Shown one piece after another: positions 50,559 through 60,861 of a DNA stretch of 64,000 bases (its first letter is position 1; each line of letters starts with the position of its first letter). The translations under genes were made by a program, and so were the position numbers. Under the pieces are notes generated by a model. It searched no databases and was not told where the DNA came from. It saw only the letters and a program-made list of their open reading frames with translations. Source of the stretch: an uncultured delta proteobacterium (GTDB lineage: Bacteria; Desulfobacterota; Syntrophia; Syntrophales; UBA5619); contig CAWFOM010000010.1 of NCBI GenBank assembly GCA_963817385.1, forward strand, positions 224,001 through 288,000, read 5' to 3'.

Positions 50559-52268
50559 GTGAAAATGATCGAGAATGTAAAGCTTCCCGAATACATGACA
50601 TCACGGATCCGCTGGCTGATGCTCGCGCGAGTGATCATCGTAACCTTTCTTCTGGTACTAGCCATCTTTATCAAAGTGACGGAGATGGAATCACTTTCGG
50701 CGGTATCGGCATCCACACTTTTCAAAACGATCCTTGTGACATACATTCTTTCGATTCTTTTTCTTTTTCTCTTGAAATATATCAGGAACATTTCTCTGAA
50801 TATTTACATTCAGAGTATCTGCGATGTGGCTTTGATCACCGGAATGGTTTATGCGACTGGTGGCATCCGCAGTATCTATTCCGTCTTTTATCCACTCGTC
50901 ATCATTTATTCGGTCCTCTTCCTGGGACGAAATGGCGGCCTCATCGTGGCCTCCGCAGCGGGCATCTTTTACGGGCTCTTTGCCGACCTGGAATTTTATG
51001 GCGTGATTTATCCAATCTTCTCAATCCCCACGTCGGATTACCCGATGAATGCCGGAGATGTCTTAACCCGTATTATCACTCATATCCTCTCTTTTTATCT
51101 TTTTGCCTTTTTGGCGAGTTTTTTCGTAGAACAAGAGAAGAAGGCAAGGGCCCTACTCGCCGAGAAGCAGAGCTCCTTTGAGCAGTTAGACATTCTCCAT
51201 CGAAGCATCATCGAATCAGTTGACACGGGTATTCTGACAGTCAATCTGAATGGGGAGATCAAATCCTTCAACCGGGCAGCCGCCGAGATCACCGGATTCT
51301 CCTTTAGAGATGTTGAGAATCGCGTCATCGACGATGTCTTTCCCGACTGCCCGTCTCTTAAGGCAGAATTCAATGACGATGGATACCGATCTGTGGCGAA
51401 GACGCGATTCGAAATGGCGTTTCAAACAGGAGATGGGAAGAATCTGATGCTTGGCGGATCAGTTTCGCCGTTGAGGGATCCTCGGGGTGTAACAATTGGC
51501 AATATCATCGTTTTCCAGGATCTGACAGGCATCAATGAGATGAAGGAATCATTGGAGAGGAGCCGGCGCCTCGCATTAATTGGCGAAATGGCTGCGGGAC
51601 TTGCGCATGAGATACGAAATCCCCTGGCATCCATAAGTGGCTCCATACAGATGCTCAAAGGAGATCTTTCACAGAATGAGACTAATGCGAGATTGATGCA
51701 GATCATCCTCCGCGGAAAGGATCAATTGGAAAGTTTTCTGAAGGATTTTCTTTTAATGGCAAGGCCGGCGCCTGGCGTTAGAGAACAACTCGACATCAGA
51801 GAAACGATCCGGGATGTTATGGAATCTCTTCGTTGCGTAGCCGACTGGCATGAACCTCTGAATGTCTTCATGCTTTTGGGTGATGAGCCCCTTTATATTG
51901 AAACAAATAGAACCGAAATCCGACAGGTGATCTGGAATGTGATCCTCAATGCCGTTCAGGCTATGCCGGAGGGGGGAGAGCTGAAGATTGAAGCGCATCA
52001 TTCCCAGATCAAGGAGAGAGATGGTGTGGAAATTCGGATCGAAGACACAGGATGCGGCATCTGGGAACAGAGTCTGAAAAAGATCTTCGAACCCTTTTAT
52101 ACCACCCGCGATAAGGGTACAGGACTTGGGTTGGCGGTTGTCAGTAGGATCATGGATGTATACGGAGGCAGTATCCATATGCAAAGTCAACCTGATAAAG
52201 GGACAATCTGTACGATATGGTTTCCCGGTGAGATTAGCCATATAATTGAGAAACAGGCCATTTGTTAG
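50559..52268 (+). CDS. pilS: PilS-like PAS sensor histidine kinase
   Basis: N-terminal TM region, PAS domain, AHEIRNPL and GTGLGL motifs; next to a pilR-like gene. Confidence 0.8.
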   Translation: MKMIENVKLPEYMTSRIRWLMLARVIIVTFLLVLAIFIKVTEMESLSAVSASTLFKTILVTYILSILFLFLLKYIRNISLNIYIQSICDVALITGMVYATGGIRSIYSVFYPLVIIYSVLFLGRNGGLIVASAAGIFYGLFADLEFYGVIYPIFSIPTSDYPMNAGDVLTRIITHILSFYLFAFLASFFVEQEKKARALLAEKQSSFEQLDILHRSIIESVDTGILTVNLNGEIKSFNRAAAEITGFSFRDVENRVIDDVFPDCPSLKAEFNDDGYRSVAKTRFEMAFQTGDGKNLMLGGSVSPLRDPRGVTIGNIIVFQDLTGINEMKESLERSRRLALIGEMAAGLAHEIRNPLASISGSIQMLKGDLSQNETNARLMQIILRGKDQLESFLKDFLLMARPAPGVREQLDIRETIRDVMESLRCVADWHEPLNVFMLLGDEPLYIETNRTEIRQVIWNVILNAVQAMPEGGELKIEAHHSQIKERDGVEIRIEDTGCGIWEQSLKKIFEPFYTTRDKGTGLGLAVVSRIMDVYGGSIHMQSQPDKGTICTIWFPGEISHIIEKQAIC

Positions 52269-52283
52269 AGTGGAGGAAGAAAT

Positions 52284-53621
52284 ATGGCGAGGATCCTTGT
52301 GGTAGACGACGACCAGGGGATGAGAGAATTTCTAGAGATCATGCTGACGCAGGAGGGATATCGGGTCAGTACTGCCAGTGATGCCGGGAAAGCCCTCAGT
52401 CACTGCCGAAAGGAAAATTTTGATCTGGTCATCACTGACCTCAAGATGCCTAAAATGGATGGGATCGGATTCCTTCGCGCGGTCAAGGACCTTTCTCCCG
52501 AAACGCAGGTCATTCTGATAACTGCATATGCATCCGGAGAAACGGCAGTAACTGCCATGAATGAAGGTGCCTACGATTATATCGAAAAGGATTTCGCTAT
52601 CGACGATCTAAAGAAAATTGTTCAGAATGCCCTGAGTAAGAAAGGAGCTTCACACGATGATACACCAATTCACCAAGAAGTAGGTGATTCTGTCAACTTT
52701 GGGAACATGATCGGCAATAGTCGGGAGATGCTTAGGTTATATGGGACGATAAAAAAAGTGGCGGATACCACTGCTAATGTGCTCATACTCGGAGAGAGTG
52801 GTACAGGCAAGGAGCTTGTCGCCAGGGCGATTCATGAAAATAGCTCTCGGAAACAGATGCCTTTCACGATTATAAACTGTGGCGGCATTCCGGAAAATCT
52901 CTTGGAGAGCGAGCTTTTTGGTTACATCAAGGGGGCGTTTACCGGCGCCTATACTGATAAGGCCGGACTATTCGAGATTGCACGGGGAGGGACCGTATTT
53001 CTTGATGAGATTGGAGAACTCCCGCCTCTTCTCCAGGTCAAGCTCCTAAGGGTAGTCCAGGAAAAGACCTTCCGCCGGATTGGTGGCACCGATGACATTC
53101 ATGTCGATGTCCGCATCATATCCGCAACAAATCAGAATCTGGCAGATAATGTGAAATCAGGATTGTTTCGGGAAGACCTCTATTACCGTCTCAACGTTAT
53201 CCCGCTCCATCTTCCGCCCCTCCGGGAACGGAAAGAAGATATTCCGGTTCTGACGGAGCACTTTATTGAGAAATATTCTCGAGAATTCGGGAAGGCGATC
53301 AAGACGATATCCGCCTATGCTCTGGAATTGCTGATGCAATACCCTTTCCCGGGGAATATCCGTGAGTTGGAGAACATCATCGAGCGTAGCGTTGCTCTGG
53401 AGACATCGAACATCATCCTCCCGGAAAATCTTGTCCTCGATATCGCTGACATCCCTGATGCCGGCCTCAATCTTAACGACGAGATCGGTAAATTCGAAAA
53501 AGCGCTGATTGAAAAAGCGCTTCGTAAGGCAAAGGGTTCCAAAACAAAGGCTGCTGAACTGCTCATGATAAGCTATGATTCGCTGTATTACCGGAGTGAG
53601 AAATTGGGCATCAACTCCTGA
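52284..53621 (+). CDS. pilR: PilR-like sigma54-dependent response regulator
   Basis: Receiver domain, [14 protein letters not shown] and Fis-type HTH. Confidence 0.82.
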   Translation: MARILVVDDDQGMREFLEIMLTQEGYRVSTASDAGKALSHCRKENFDLVITDLKMPKMDGIGFLRAVKDLSPETQVILITAYASGETAVTAMNEGAYDYIEKDFAIDDLKKIVQNALSKKGASHDDTPIHQEVGDSVNFGNMIGNSREMLRLYGTIKKVADTTANVLILGESGTGKELVARAIHENSSRKQMPFTIINCGGIPENLLESELFGYIKGAFTGAYTDKAGLFEIARGGTVFLDEIGELPPLLQVKLLRVVQEKTFRRIGGTDDIHVDVRIISATNQNLADNVKSGLFREDLYYRLNVIPLHLPPLRERKEDIPVLTEHFIEKYSREFGKAIKTISAYALELLMQYPFPGNIRELENIIERSVALETSNIILPENLVLDIADIPDAGLNLNDEIGKFEKALIEKALRKAKGSKTKAAELLMISYDSLYYRSEKLGINS

Positions 53622-53636
53622 TAAAAAACTTTTTCC

Positions 53637-53666
53637 TTGACATTTGAATGTCGCCTGTTTTATACG
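53637..53666 (+). promoter_or_regulatory. Candidate sigma70 promoter of the leader/ABC operon
   Basis: TTGACA at 53637-53642, weak -10 (TTATAC/TATACG) 17-18 nt downstream. Confidence 0.45.
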
Positions 53667-53688
53667 CGCATGTCAAGGAGAGATAGAT

Positions 53689-53784
53689 ATGTTTTCAGAC
53701 GGGCAAGAAATGAGATATATTCGGCGGGGATTTTTTGCCAGTTTTTTTAACTCCTTTATCAGGGTCTGCCCGCTGCTTCTGTAA
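53689..53784 (+). CDS. Phe-rich leader peptide MFSDGQEMRYIRRGFFASFFNSFIRVCPLLL (31 aa)
   Basis: AAGGAG RBS 8 nt upstream; 6 TTT codons, 5 of them within 9 codons; overlaps the first attenuator stem. Confidence 0.75.
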   Translation: MFSDGQEMRYIRRGFFASFFNSFIRVCPLLL

Positions 53785-53877
53785 CCCCTTTCAGGGAAAC
53801 CAGCCGTGGGCAGACCGACTTGCCGCCCACGGTTTTTCAGTTGTGGAAGCCGTGGATTAATTCACGGCTTTTTTTTT
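53763..53877 (+). promoter_or_regulatory. Transcription attenuator: alternative hairpins plus intrinsic terminator
   Basis: Stems GGTCTGCCC/GGGCAGACC, AGCCGTGGGC/GCCCACGGTT and CCACGGTTT/AAGCCGTGG; terminator AAGCCGTGGA/TTCACGGCTT plus T run. Confidence 0.78.
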
Positions 53878-53893
53878 AAACAGGAGGGAAGAC

Positions 53894-55090
53894 ATGCGAA
53901 ACGTAAGAAACATCTTTATGTCCTTATTGGCTCTCGTTCTGATCTGTCCGAATACGGGAATGGCCGAGACGATCAAGGTTGGAGCCGCCATAAACATGAC
54001 CGGCCCTGCCTCCACATGGGGTCAATTCCACGCGAAGGGCCAGCAAGACTATTTCCGTTATGTCAACGACACCAAAGGCGGCGTGGCCGGTCGCAAGATC
54101 GAGATGATCCTGGTGGATACCGCCTACAAGGTCCCTGAAGCTGTGGCAGCCGTTCGGAAATTCGCTGTCCAGGACAAAGTGGACATGATTGCCACATGGG
54201 GGGCTGGTGAAGGGCTTGCAGCAAAACCGATCATCCAGAATTATAAAATCCCAACAATTAACTATTCCACCAGCTGGGAGATTCTCGAACCGCCGATTGA
54301 ATACATGTATCTTCCCTTCGGGAGTTACCGCATGGACTGCGAAGCCGTGATGGATTATATTCATGCTATACACAAGGGCAAAGAAGCACCGAAAGTGGGA
54401 CTCCTGACATACAATAATGCCTATGGCCTCTCCATCCATAAACCAAGCCGAGAGTATGCAGTAAAACAGAACATAAATCTTGTCGCCATCGAAGAGTTTC
54501 CACCCAAGACGGTTGATCTGACGACTGAACTTCTTCGTCTTCAGAAAAGCGGTGCGGAGTACATCTTCATGCAGATGCTTCCGGCCTCTATCATTACGGC
54601 CTTTCGGAGTGCGGATCGGATCGGTTATGATCCGCCGTTTTTTGGTACCTGGACATCAACCGATCCTGATTTCATCAAGATGGGGCAAGGATTAATTCGC
54701 AATCGTCTCCGCATTCAGTTTCCCGGCGGCCTCCCCTCGGACAATACGGCTGGCATAAAAATATTGCAAGAGCTTTGGAAACGCTACAAAACCGTAGATA
54801 AGTTCGACGCCTCTTACTGGGAGGGCGTTGCCGTGGCTATGATCATGGAACGCGCCATGATCAGGGCCGGCGAGAAATCCAAGGAGATCAATCGCGAAAC
54901 GCTCAACCGGGCAATGGAATCCTTTCAGAAGGAGGATTTCGGCGGCCTTATCCCCAATGTAACATATACCCCGACGGATCACGGAGCCTCTTTCCAGGCT
55001 CGGATAGTGCAGGTAAAGGAAGATGGCTCATACACACCGTTGACCAATTTTTACGTCCCCGGAAAAGAGAGAATTCAACTTCAAAAATAG
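53894..55090 (+). CDS. ABC transporter substrate-binding protein (LivJ/HAAT family)
   Basis: Signal peptide, TIKVG..MTGP and GGVAGRKIE motifs. Confidence 0.9.
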   Translation: MRNVRNIFMSLLALVLICPNTGMAETIKVGAAINMTGPASTWGQFHAKGQQDYFRYVNDTKGGVAGRKIEMILVDTAYKVPEAVAAVRKFAVQDKVDMIATWGAGEGLAAKPIIQNYKIPTINYSTSWEILEPPIEYMYLPFGSYRMDCEAVMDYIHAIHKGKEAPKVGLLTYNNAYGLSIHKPSREYAVKQNINLVAIEEFPPKTVDLTTELLRLQKSGAEYIFMQMLPASIITAFRSADRIGYDPPFFGTWTSTDPDFIKMGQGLIRNRLRIQFPGGLPSDNTAGIKILQELWKRYKTVDKFDASYWEGVAVAMIMERAMIRAGEKSKEINRETLNRAMESFQKEDFGGLIPNVTYTPTDHGASFQARIVQVKEDGSYTPLTNFYVPGKERIQLQK

Positions 55091-55110
55091 CAGAAACCTA
55101 TTGCCCTCGG

Positions 55111-55131
55111 GCCCCGCCCAGCAGGCGGGGC
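55111..55131 (+). other. GC-rich intercistronic stem-loop after the binding-protein gene
   Basis: GCCCCGCC-CAGCA-GGCGGGGC with no U tract. Confidence 0.5.
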
Positions 55132-55165
55132 TTCGCATGGGGCGGGCAATGATCTAGGGCAGGAA

Positions 55166-55993
55166 ATGAAAGCATTCCGAGGGAAACCGTCCATATACGA
55201 GGAAACCCATTCTGGCGCAAAGAAGGCTGAACTTGAAGTTAAAGGACTGTCTCTCCGTTTCGGCGGGGTCATAGCTCTGGGGAACATAGATCTTTCACTC
55301 CGGACCGGCGAACTGCTTGCGGTCATTGGTCCCAACGGGGCTGGAAAAACCAGCTTACTTAACTGCATCACCGGGTTCTACCGTCCGCAGGATGGGAATA
55401 TCTTTTTCAACGGGACCGACATCACTCATCGCCCCGCTCATGAGCTTGTACGGATCGGAATCGGGCGGACATTTCAGAACATTGAGCTTTTCCCTGGCAT
55501 GACCGTTCTGTCTAACCTTTTTCTGGCCCGTCACACTCACTGCAATTACGGGTTTAGTTCAGCATGCCTCTTTTTGCATTCAGTCCGTAAGGAAGAGGTT
55601 CGTCATCGGCGGATCCTGGAAGAGATTATAGATTTTCTGGAGATACAATCCCTCCGTAATAAATCTGTTGGTTCTCTGCCATACGGGATGATGAAACGTG
55701 TAGAACTGGGAAGAGCCCTAGCACTTGAACCTGCTCTGCTTGTCTTGGATGAGCCCTTCGCCGGTATGAACCTCGAGGAAAAGGAAGACATGGTCCGTTT
55801 TCTTCTCGAACTAAACCGGTCATGGGGGCAAACGATGATCCTTGTGGAACACGACATGTCCATTGTGATGAGCATCGCCAGACGGGTTGCGGTGCTCAAT
55901 TTCGGTGAAAAACTTACGGAAGGGACTCCGGAGGAGATCGTCCGTCATCCGGACGTGATCAAAGCTTATCTCGGTGATGCAGACACCATCTGA
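55166..55993 (+). CDS. ABC ATP-binding protein (LivG-like)
   Basis: GPNGAGKT, RTFQN, LDEP and VEHD motifs. Confidence 0.92.
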   Translation: MKAFRGKPSIYEETHSGAKKAELEVKGLSLRFGGVIALGNIDLSLRTGELLAVIGPNGAGKTSLLNCITGFYRPQDGNIFFNGTDITHRPAHELVRIGIGRTFQNIELFPGMTVLSNLFLARHTHCNYGFSSACLFLHSVRKEEVRHRRILEEIIDFLEIQSLRNKSVGSLPYGMMKRVELGRALALEPALLVLDEPFAGMNLEEKEDMVRFLLELNRSWGQTMILVEHDMSIVMSIARRVAVLNFGEKLTEGTPEEIVRHPDVIKAYLGDADTI

Positions 55994-57941
55994 GAAAGAA
56001 AACGGGGGTTTTTTGGACACGGAGCAGCAAAAACAGAATCCATTCTTTAGCGGAACACTGCCCCAGTTGCTTGAAGCGCAGGCAATCCGTTTCGGTCAGG
56101 TCGGTGCAGCTATCAGAGAAAAGGCCTATGGGATTTGGCAAACGTATCACTGGGAGGACTATTTTCGGTATGTGAAACATACCGGTCTCGGACTGCTTGC
56201 CCTTGGATACCGGAGAGGAGAATCGGTCGGGCTGATCACTGACAACCATCCCGAATGGCTTTTTTCTGAACTTGGCGCACAGGCGATGGGGGGGATCACT
56301 CTGAACCTCTTCACATCGGCTGTCGCAGATGAGCTATCCACATCATTGCACCGCGTCCAGGCGGCCTATGTCTTTGTCCAAGACCAGGAACAGGTCGACA
56401 AGATGAGAGCCGTCCGCAAAAAACTCAGCCATTTACGTCGTGTCATCTATATTGATCCGACCGGTATGGGATCATACAGAGATGACCCCTGGCTGCTTTC
56501 TTTCCGCGATCTGCTGGTGATGGGGGAAGGATTGGATCATGACCGCCCCAATTTATTTGACGGAGAGATGCGACAAGGAAAACCCGATGATACCGCTCTG
56601 ATGATCCAGACTTCCGGCACTACGGGCCTCCCGAAGCTCGCCATGCTGTCACACAGAAATCTGACGGCTATGGGAGAAAGTTGGATCAGGGCGGTTTCCA
56701 TCAAACCCGGAGAGAACTGGATCTCCATGTCACCGCCCGCATGGATCGTGGATCAGATGTGGGGTTTGGGTGTTGCGCTTCTCGGCGGTATGACGATGAA
56801 TTTTCCGGAAACGCCGGAAACGGTGACGGAAGATTTCCGTGAAATCGGTCCCTCACGGATCATCACCGCCTCGCGTTTCTGGGAAGAGCTTGCTTCCCGC
56901 ATTCGTGTCCGGATGTCGGATGCGGGATGGCTCAAACGCCGTCTATTCGCCGGGGGCGAATTGATAGGCCGAGTTGTGCTGTCCCGTCAGATCCGGAAGA
57001 AACCGATTCCTGTCTGGCTCCGAGGCATCCATCGCCTCGCCTCGTATATTGTCTATCGTCCGCTCCTTGATCGTATCGGTTGTGCAAATTTCCTCAGTGC
57101 CTACACGGGAGGCCATCCCATCAGCCCCGACGTGATCAGCTTCTTTCGGGCGATCGGTCTGAATTTGAAACAGTGTTACGGACTGACGGAAGCCGGGGGA
57201 ATCTTCCAGATCCAGCCGGACGACGAGGTGAAACCGGAGACGGTTGGCAGAACCCTTCCGGGTGTTGCAATTGAGATCGCTGAAGATCAGGAAGTGCTGG
57301 TCTCCAGCAATACTGTCTTTCTGGGGTATTATCAGGATTATCAGGCAACCGAAGCTGCCTTCACGAATGGTTGGCTCCGGACCGGAGATGCCGGGTACCT
57401 TGACCACGACGGCCATCTGCTCATCATAGGCCGCAAGGAGGAGATCATTCGTAACAAGAGCGGGGAGGCTTTTTCTCCGGATTTCATTGAGACACGGCTT
57501 AAATTCAGTCCCTTTATCAAGGAGGCCGTGATCTTTGGAGAGGGACGCCCCTATCTGACGGCCATGATTAACATCGATTTCGGAAATACCGGGAGCTGGG
57601 CTGAGAAGAAGATGATCCCGTATACGACATACATGGATCTTTCCCAGCAATCGGCTGTCGAGGAACTGCTCCTGAGGGAAGTAAAGAAAGTCAATGAACA
57701 ACTGCCGGAAGTTATGAAGATTCGTAAATTTATCCTCCTCTATAAACTTCTAGACGCAGATGATGACGAACTTACGCGAACGGGCAAGGTGCGCCGACGC
57801 TTTGTTTACGGTCTCTACCTCAAACTTATCGAAGCGATGTACACCGCGGTGAAAGAGGTCCGAGTGAAAGGGAAGATTCGCTATCGCGATGGACAGATAG
57901 GGGAGATTGATACCCTTGTTCGTGTCCATCATGCTTTTTGA
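55974..57941 (+). CDS. AMP-forming acyl-CoA synthetase (long-chain-type family)
   Basis: TSGTTGLPK, YGLTE, TGDAG and ELTRTGKVRR motifs. Confidence 0.92.
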   Translation: MMQTPSEKENGGFLDTEQQKQNPFFSGTLPQLLEAQAIRFGQVGAAIREKAYGIWQTYHWEDYFRYVKHTGLGLLALGYRRGESVGLITDNHPEWLFSELGAQAMGGITLNLFTSAVADELSTSLHRVQAAYVFVQDQEQVDKMRAVRKKLSHLRRVIYIDPTGMGSYRDDPWLLSFRDLLVMGEGLDHDRPNLFDGEMRQGKPDDTALMIQTSGTTGLPKLAMLSHRNLTAMGESWIRAVSIKPGENWISMSPPAWIVDQMWGLGVALLGGMTMNFPETPETVTEDFREIGPSRIITASRFWEELASRIRVRMSDAGWLKRRLFAGGELIGRVVLSRQIRKKPIPVWLRGIHRLASYIVYRPLLDRIGCANFLSAYTGGHPISPDVISFFRAIGLNLKQCYGLTEAGGIFQIQPDDEVKPETVGRTLPGVAIEIAEDQEVLVSSNTVFLGYYQDYQATEAAFTNGWLRTGDAGYLDHDGHLLIIGRKEEIIRNKSGEAFSPDFIETRLKFSPFIKEAVIFGEGRPYLTAMINIDFGNTGSWAEKKMIPYTTYMDLSQQSAVEELLLREVKKVNEQLPEVMKIRKFILLYKLLDADDDELTRTGKVRRRFVYGLYLKLIEAMYTAVKEVRVKGKIRYRDGQIGEIDTLVRVHHAF

Positions 57942-57954
57942 GGGGAGGGGAGTC

Positions 57955-58833
57955 ATGGATTTTTTCATCCAGCTTTTGGTCGGCGGAATTTCGATCGGTT
58001 TCCTTTACGGACTCTCGGCAATGGGATTCGTCATGATTTTCAAATCATCGAGTGTACTCAATTTCGCTCATGGCGAGCTTCTTGCGATTGGAGCTTATTT
58101 TTTTCTCGCCTTCATCACTTGGTTGAAGCTCCCTATTATGATCGCGTTTCTTTTCGCTCTCGTCTGCTGTTTCTTCCTCGGCATTTTGATAGAAAGGATT
58201 TTTTTACGGCCTTTGATTGGTGAGCCGCTGATATTTGTTATCATGCTGACTGTTGGCCTTGCCGCGATGTTCAAGGGAATGATCCTCCTGATCTGGGGGG
58301 GAAATCTCTATACCTATCCCGAGTTTCTTCCGATGGCGATGGAGATGCACTGGGGGGTGGTTCGGGTCCCGCCCGTCTACGCAGCAACGTTGATGATCGG
58401 GACACTTTTTCTCATCATGTTTGGTTTGTTCTTTAAATTCTCCTCGCAGGGCATCTATATGCGCTCCGTTGCAGATAACCAAAGGGCAGCACTTTCCCTC
58501 GGGGTTCATGTCAAACGGGTCTTTGCCCTTTCCTGGGCTATTGCAGCCCTAGTGGCCGGGATGAGTGGCATGGTGTTGGGAATCATCAATGGGGTCAATG
58601 TTCACGATCTTTCCGCAATCGGCATGAAGGTCTTTCCTGTCGTAATCCTTGGCGGTCTGGATAGCATCGGCGGTGCCATTATTGGCGGAATCATCATTGG
58701 CCTTTTAGAGACATTTACCGGCGGGTATCTTTCGCCTTCGCTTCGCGATGTCGTTCCTTACATAATCCTAGTATTGATTCTACTTTTAAAACCTTATGGT
58801 TTATTTGGATTGAAAGAGATTGAACGGGTCTGA
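57955..58833 (+). CDS. ABC permease (LivH-like)
   Basis: LNFAHG, ILGGL and KPYGLFG motifs. Confidence 0.92.
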   Translation: MDFFIQLLVGGISIGFLYGLSAMGFVMIFKSSSVLNFAHGELLAIGAYFFLAFITWLKLPIMIAFLFALVCCFFLGILIERIFLRPLIGEPLIFVIMLTVGLAAMFKGMILLIWGGNLYTYPEFLPMAMEMHWGVVRVPPVYAATLMIGTLFLIMFGLFFKFSSQGIYMRSVADNQRAALSLGVHVKRVFALSWAIAALVAGMSGMVLGIINGVNVHDLSAIGMKVFPVVILGGLDSIGGAIIGGIIIGLLETFTGGYLSPSLRDVVPYIILVLILLLKPYGLFGLKEIERV

Positions 58834-58836
58834 CAT

Positions 58837-59907
58837 ATGAGAAAACTTCATCTTCACCCCTGCGGGAATTTTCGTGAACGATATGAACAGGAATTGATGG
58901 TCTTCACGACCGATTTTGGCCGTCTCTGGGCCGGGATCGGTTTTGCGCTCCTGATGTCGGCCGTTCCGTTCATGGTAAGCCCTTACATGCTTTATGTTTT
59001 TAATATGATTGGGATAGCCGCCATAGCCGCGATCGGCCTGAACATACTGATCGGCTTCACCGGGCAGATATCACTCGGTCACGGTGCTTTCTTCGGCGTC
59101 GGCGCCTATACCGCAGCCATCCTTGCCGCCAGATTGCATCTCCCCCTCGTCCTCGCTCTTCCGGCGGCAGGCCTGATGACTGCCGTGATCGGCATGGTTT
59201 TCGGAATCCCCTCAGGCCGCCTGAAGGGCCTCTATCTGACAATCGCCACCCTTGCCGGTCAGTTCATTATCGAGTATCTCCTGATTCATTGGGAGTCCCT
59301 CACAAAAGGGACGATGGGTATAACACTTCCGCCGGCTCAACTGATGACCTTTTCCGTCAATGGCGATCTCGGATTTTACTACCTCATCTTCATCGTTCTT
59401 GCGGGCATGACATGGTTTGCGATAAATCTGATGCGCACCCGTTTCGGGCGGGCCTTCATCGCCATACGAGACAATGATCGTGCCGCGGAGGGGATGGGAA
59501 TACCGATCTTCCGTTATAAGCTCCTCTCCTTCGGTATCAGTTCTTTCTACGCTGGTTTCGCCGGTGCCTTGTGGGCCTTCTATATGGGCAGCATCACAGC
59601 GGAACCTTTCAATCTTGGGTTGTCAGTTGAATACATCGCCATGGTCATTATCGGCGGGCTAGGGAGTATTTCAGGGTCTATTTACGGGGCTCTCTTCATC
59701 ACCCTGCTCAATGAAGCGCTACGCTTCATGACTGACATCCTCATGAACACAGGTATCGTCACCTCTTCCGGTCTGAACATGGCCCCCCTGCGGGAATTCG
59801 CCTTTGGATTTGCTATTGTTCTCTTTATCCTCTTGGAACCTCGAGGCTTGGCAGAGCTATGGCGTATTACCCGCTCCAGTTTCCGCCTCTGGCCGTTTTC
59901 TTATTAA
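58837..59907 (+). CDS. ABC permease (LivM-like)
   Basis: GQISLGHGAF, GLYLTIATL, IIGGLGS and EPRGL motifs. Confidence 0.92.
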   Translation: MRKLHLHPCGNFRERYEQELMVFTTDFGRLWAGIGFALLMSAVPFMVSPYMLYVFNMIGIAAIAAIGLNILIGFTGQISLGHGAFFGVGAYTAAILAARLHLPLVLALPAAGLMTAVIGMVFGIPSGRLKGLYLTIATLAGQFIIEYLLIHWESLTKGTMGITLPPAQLMTFSVNGDLGFYYLIFIVLAGMTWFAINLMRTRFGRAFIAIRDNDRAAEGMGIPIFRYKLLSFGISSFYAGFAGALWAFYMGSITAEPFNLGLSVEYIAMVIIGGLGSISGSIYGALFITLLNEALRFMTDILMNTGIVTSSGLNMAPLREFAFGFAIVLFILLEPRGLAELWRITRSSFRLWPFSY

Positions 59908-59917
59908 GGGTCATCAT

Positions 59918-60718
59918 ATGGAAAACCTGCTCTTACAGTTGAACAATATTTCCGTCGTTTATTCAGACGTGATCCAGGTCCTCAAGGGCGTGTCCCTCTC
60001 CGTGCAACGGAATAAAATTGTCTCGCTCCTCGGAAGCAACGGAGCGGGAAAGACCACAACTCTCAAAGCGATTTCCGGACTTCTGAAACCGGAAAATGGC
60101 AAAGTCACAGATGGTTCCATAATCTATCAGGGAAAGGAACTCCAGAACGAGGCGCCCGAAACCATTACACGATATGGAATCATTCAGGTCCTGGAAGGAA
60201 GGCAACCATTTAAATACTTGACTATTGAGGAAAATCTTCGGGTAGGTACGGCTACGAGATGGGGGAAGCCCTATCGGCAGGATCTGGAGAGGGTTTACCA
60301 TTATTTTCCTGCCCTCTGGACACGTCGTCGGGGGCTGGCAGGTTACTGTAGCGGTGGTGAGCTCCAGATGCTGGTCATGGGTCGCGCCCTTATGGCTCAT
60401 CCTGATCTGCTGCTTCTCGACGAACCTTCACTGGGGCTTGCCCCTCTCGTTGTGCTCGAGATCTTCCGAATCATACGCCGGATCAACGAAGAAGAGGGAA
60501 CTACCATCGTACTTGTTGAACAGAATGCCCGGATGGCACTCCAGATTGCCCATCATGGTTATGTCATGGAAAATGGAAAGATCGTCATGGAAGGGTCAGC
60601 AGCTGACCTTCGAGATAATCCGGATGTCCGCGAATTTTATCTCGGCATGTCCGTTGCGGGGAATATAAAATCGTACATGGAAGTCAAATCGTATCGCCGC
60701 CGGAAGCGATGGCTTTGA
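59918..60718 (+). CDS. ABC ATP-binding protein (LivF-like)
   Basis: GSNGAGKTT, SGGE, LDEPSLGLAP and VEQN motifs. Confidence 0.92.
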   Translation: MENLLLQLNNISVVYSDVIQVLKGVSLSVQRNKIVSLLGSNGAGKTTTLKAISGLLKPENGKVTDGSIIYQGKELQNEAPETITRYGIIQVLEGRQPFKYLTIEENLRVGTATRWGKPYRQDLERVYHYFPALWTRRRGLAGYCSGGELQMLVMGRALMAHPDLLLLDEPSLGLAPLVVLEIFRIIRRINEEEGTTIVLVEQNARMALQIAHHGYVMENGKIVMEGSAADLRDNPDVREFYLGMSVAGNIKSYMEVKSYRRRKRWL

Positions 60719-60861
60719 ATTCATTCCGATCTGCAATTACTCCAACAATATCATCATCTTCATCTAATATACCCAAGGACCAACTTGACACCGGATTGTC
60801 CCATATAGTAATAATAAAATGTAGGATTAAAACAGATAAAATTGGGCGATGTCACAGATAT

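Noticed and set aside
53773..53781. Leucine attenuation via the terminal LLL of the leader peptide
   Set aside because: Stalling there would cover segment 1 and favour the terminator, the wrong sign for a starvation response.
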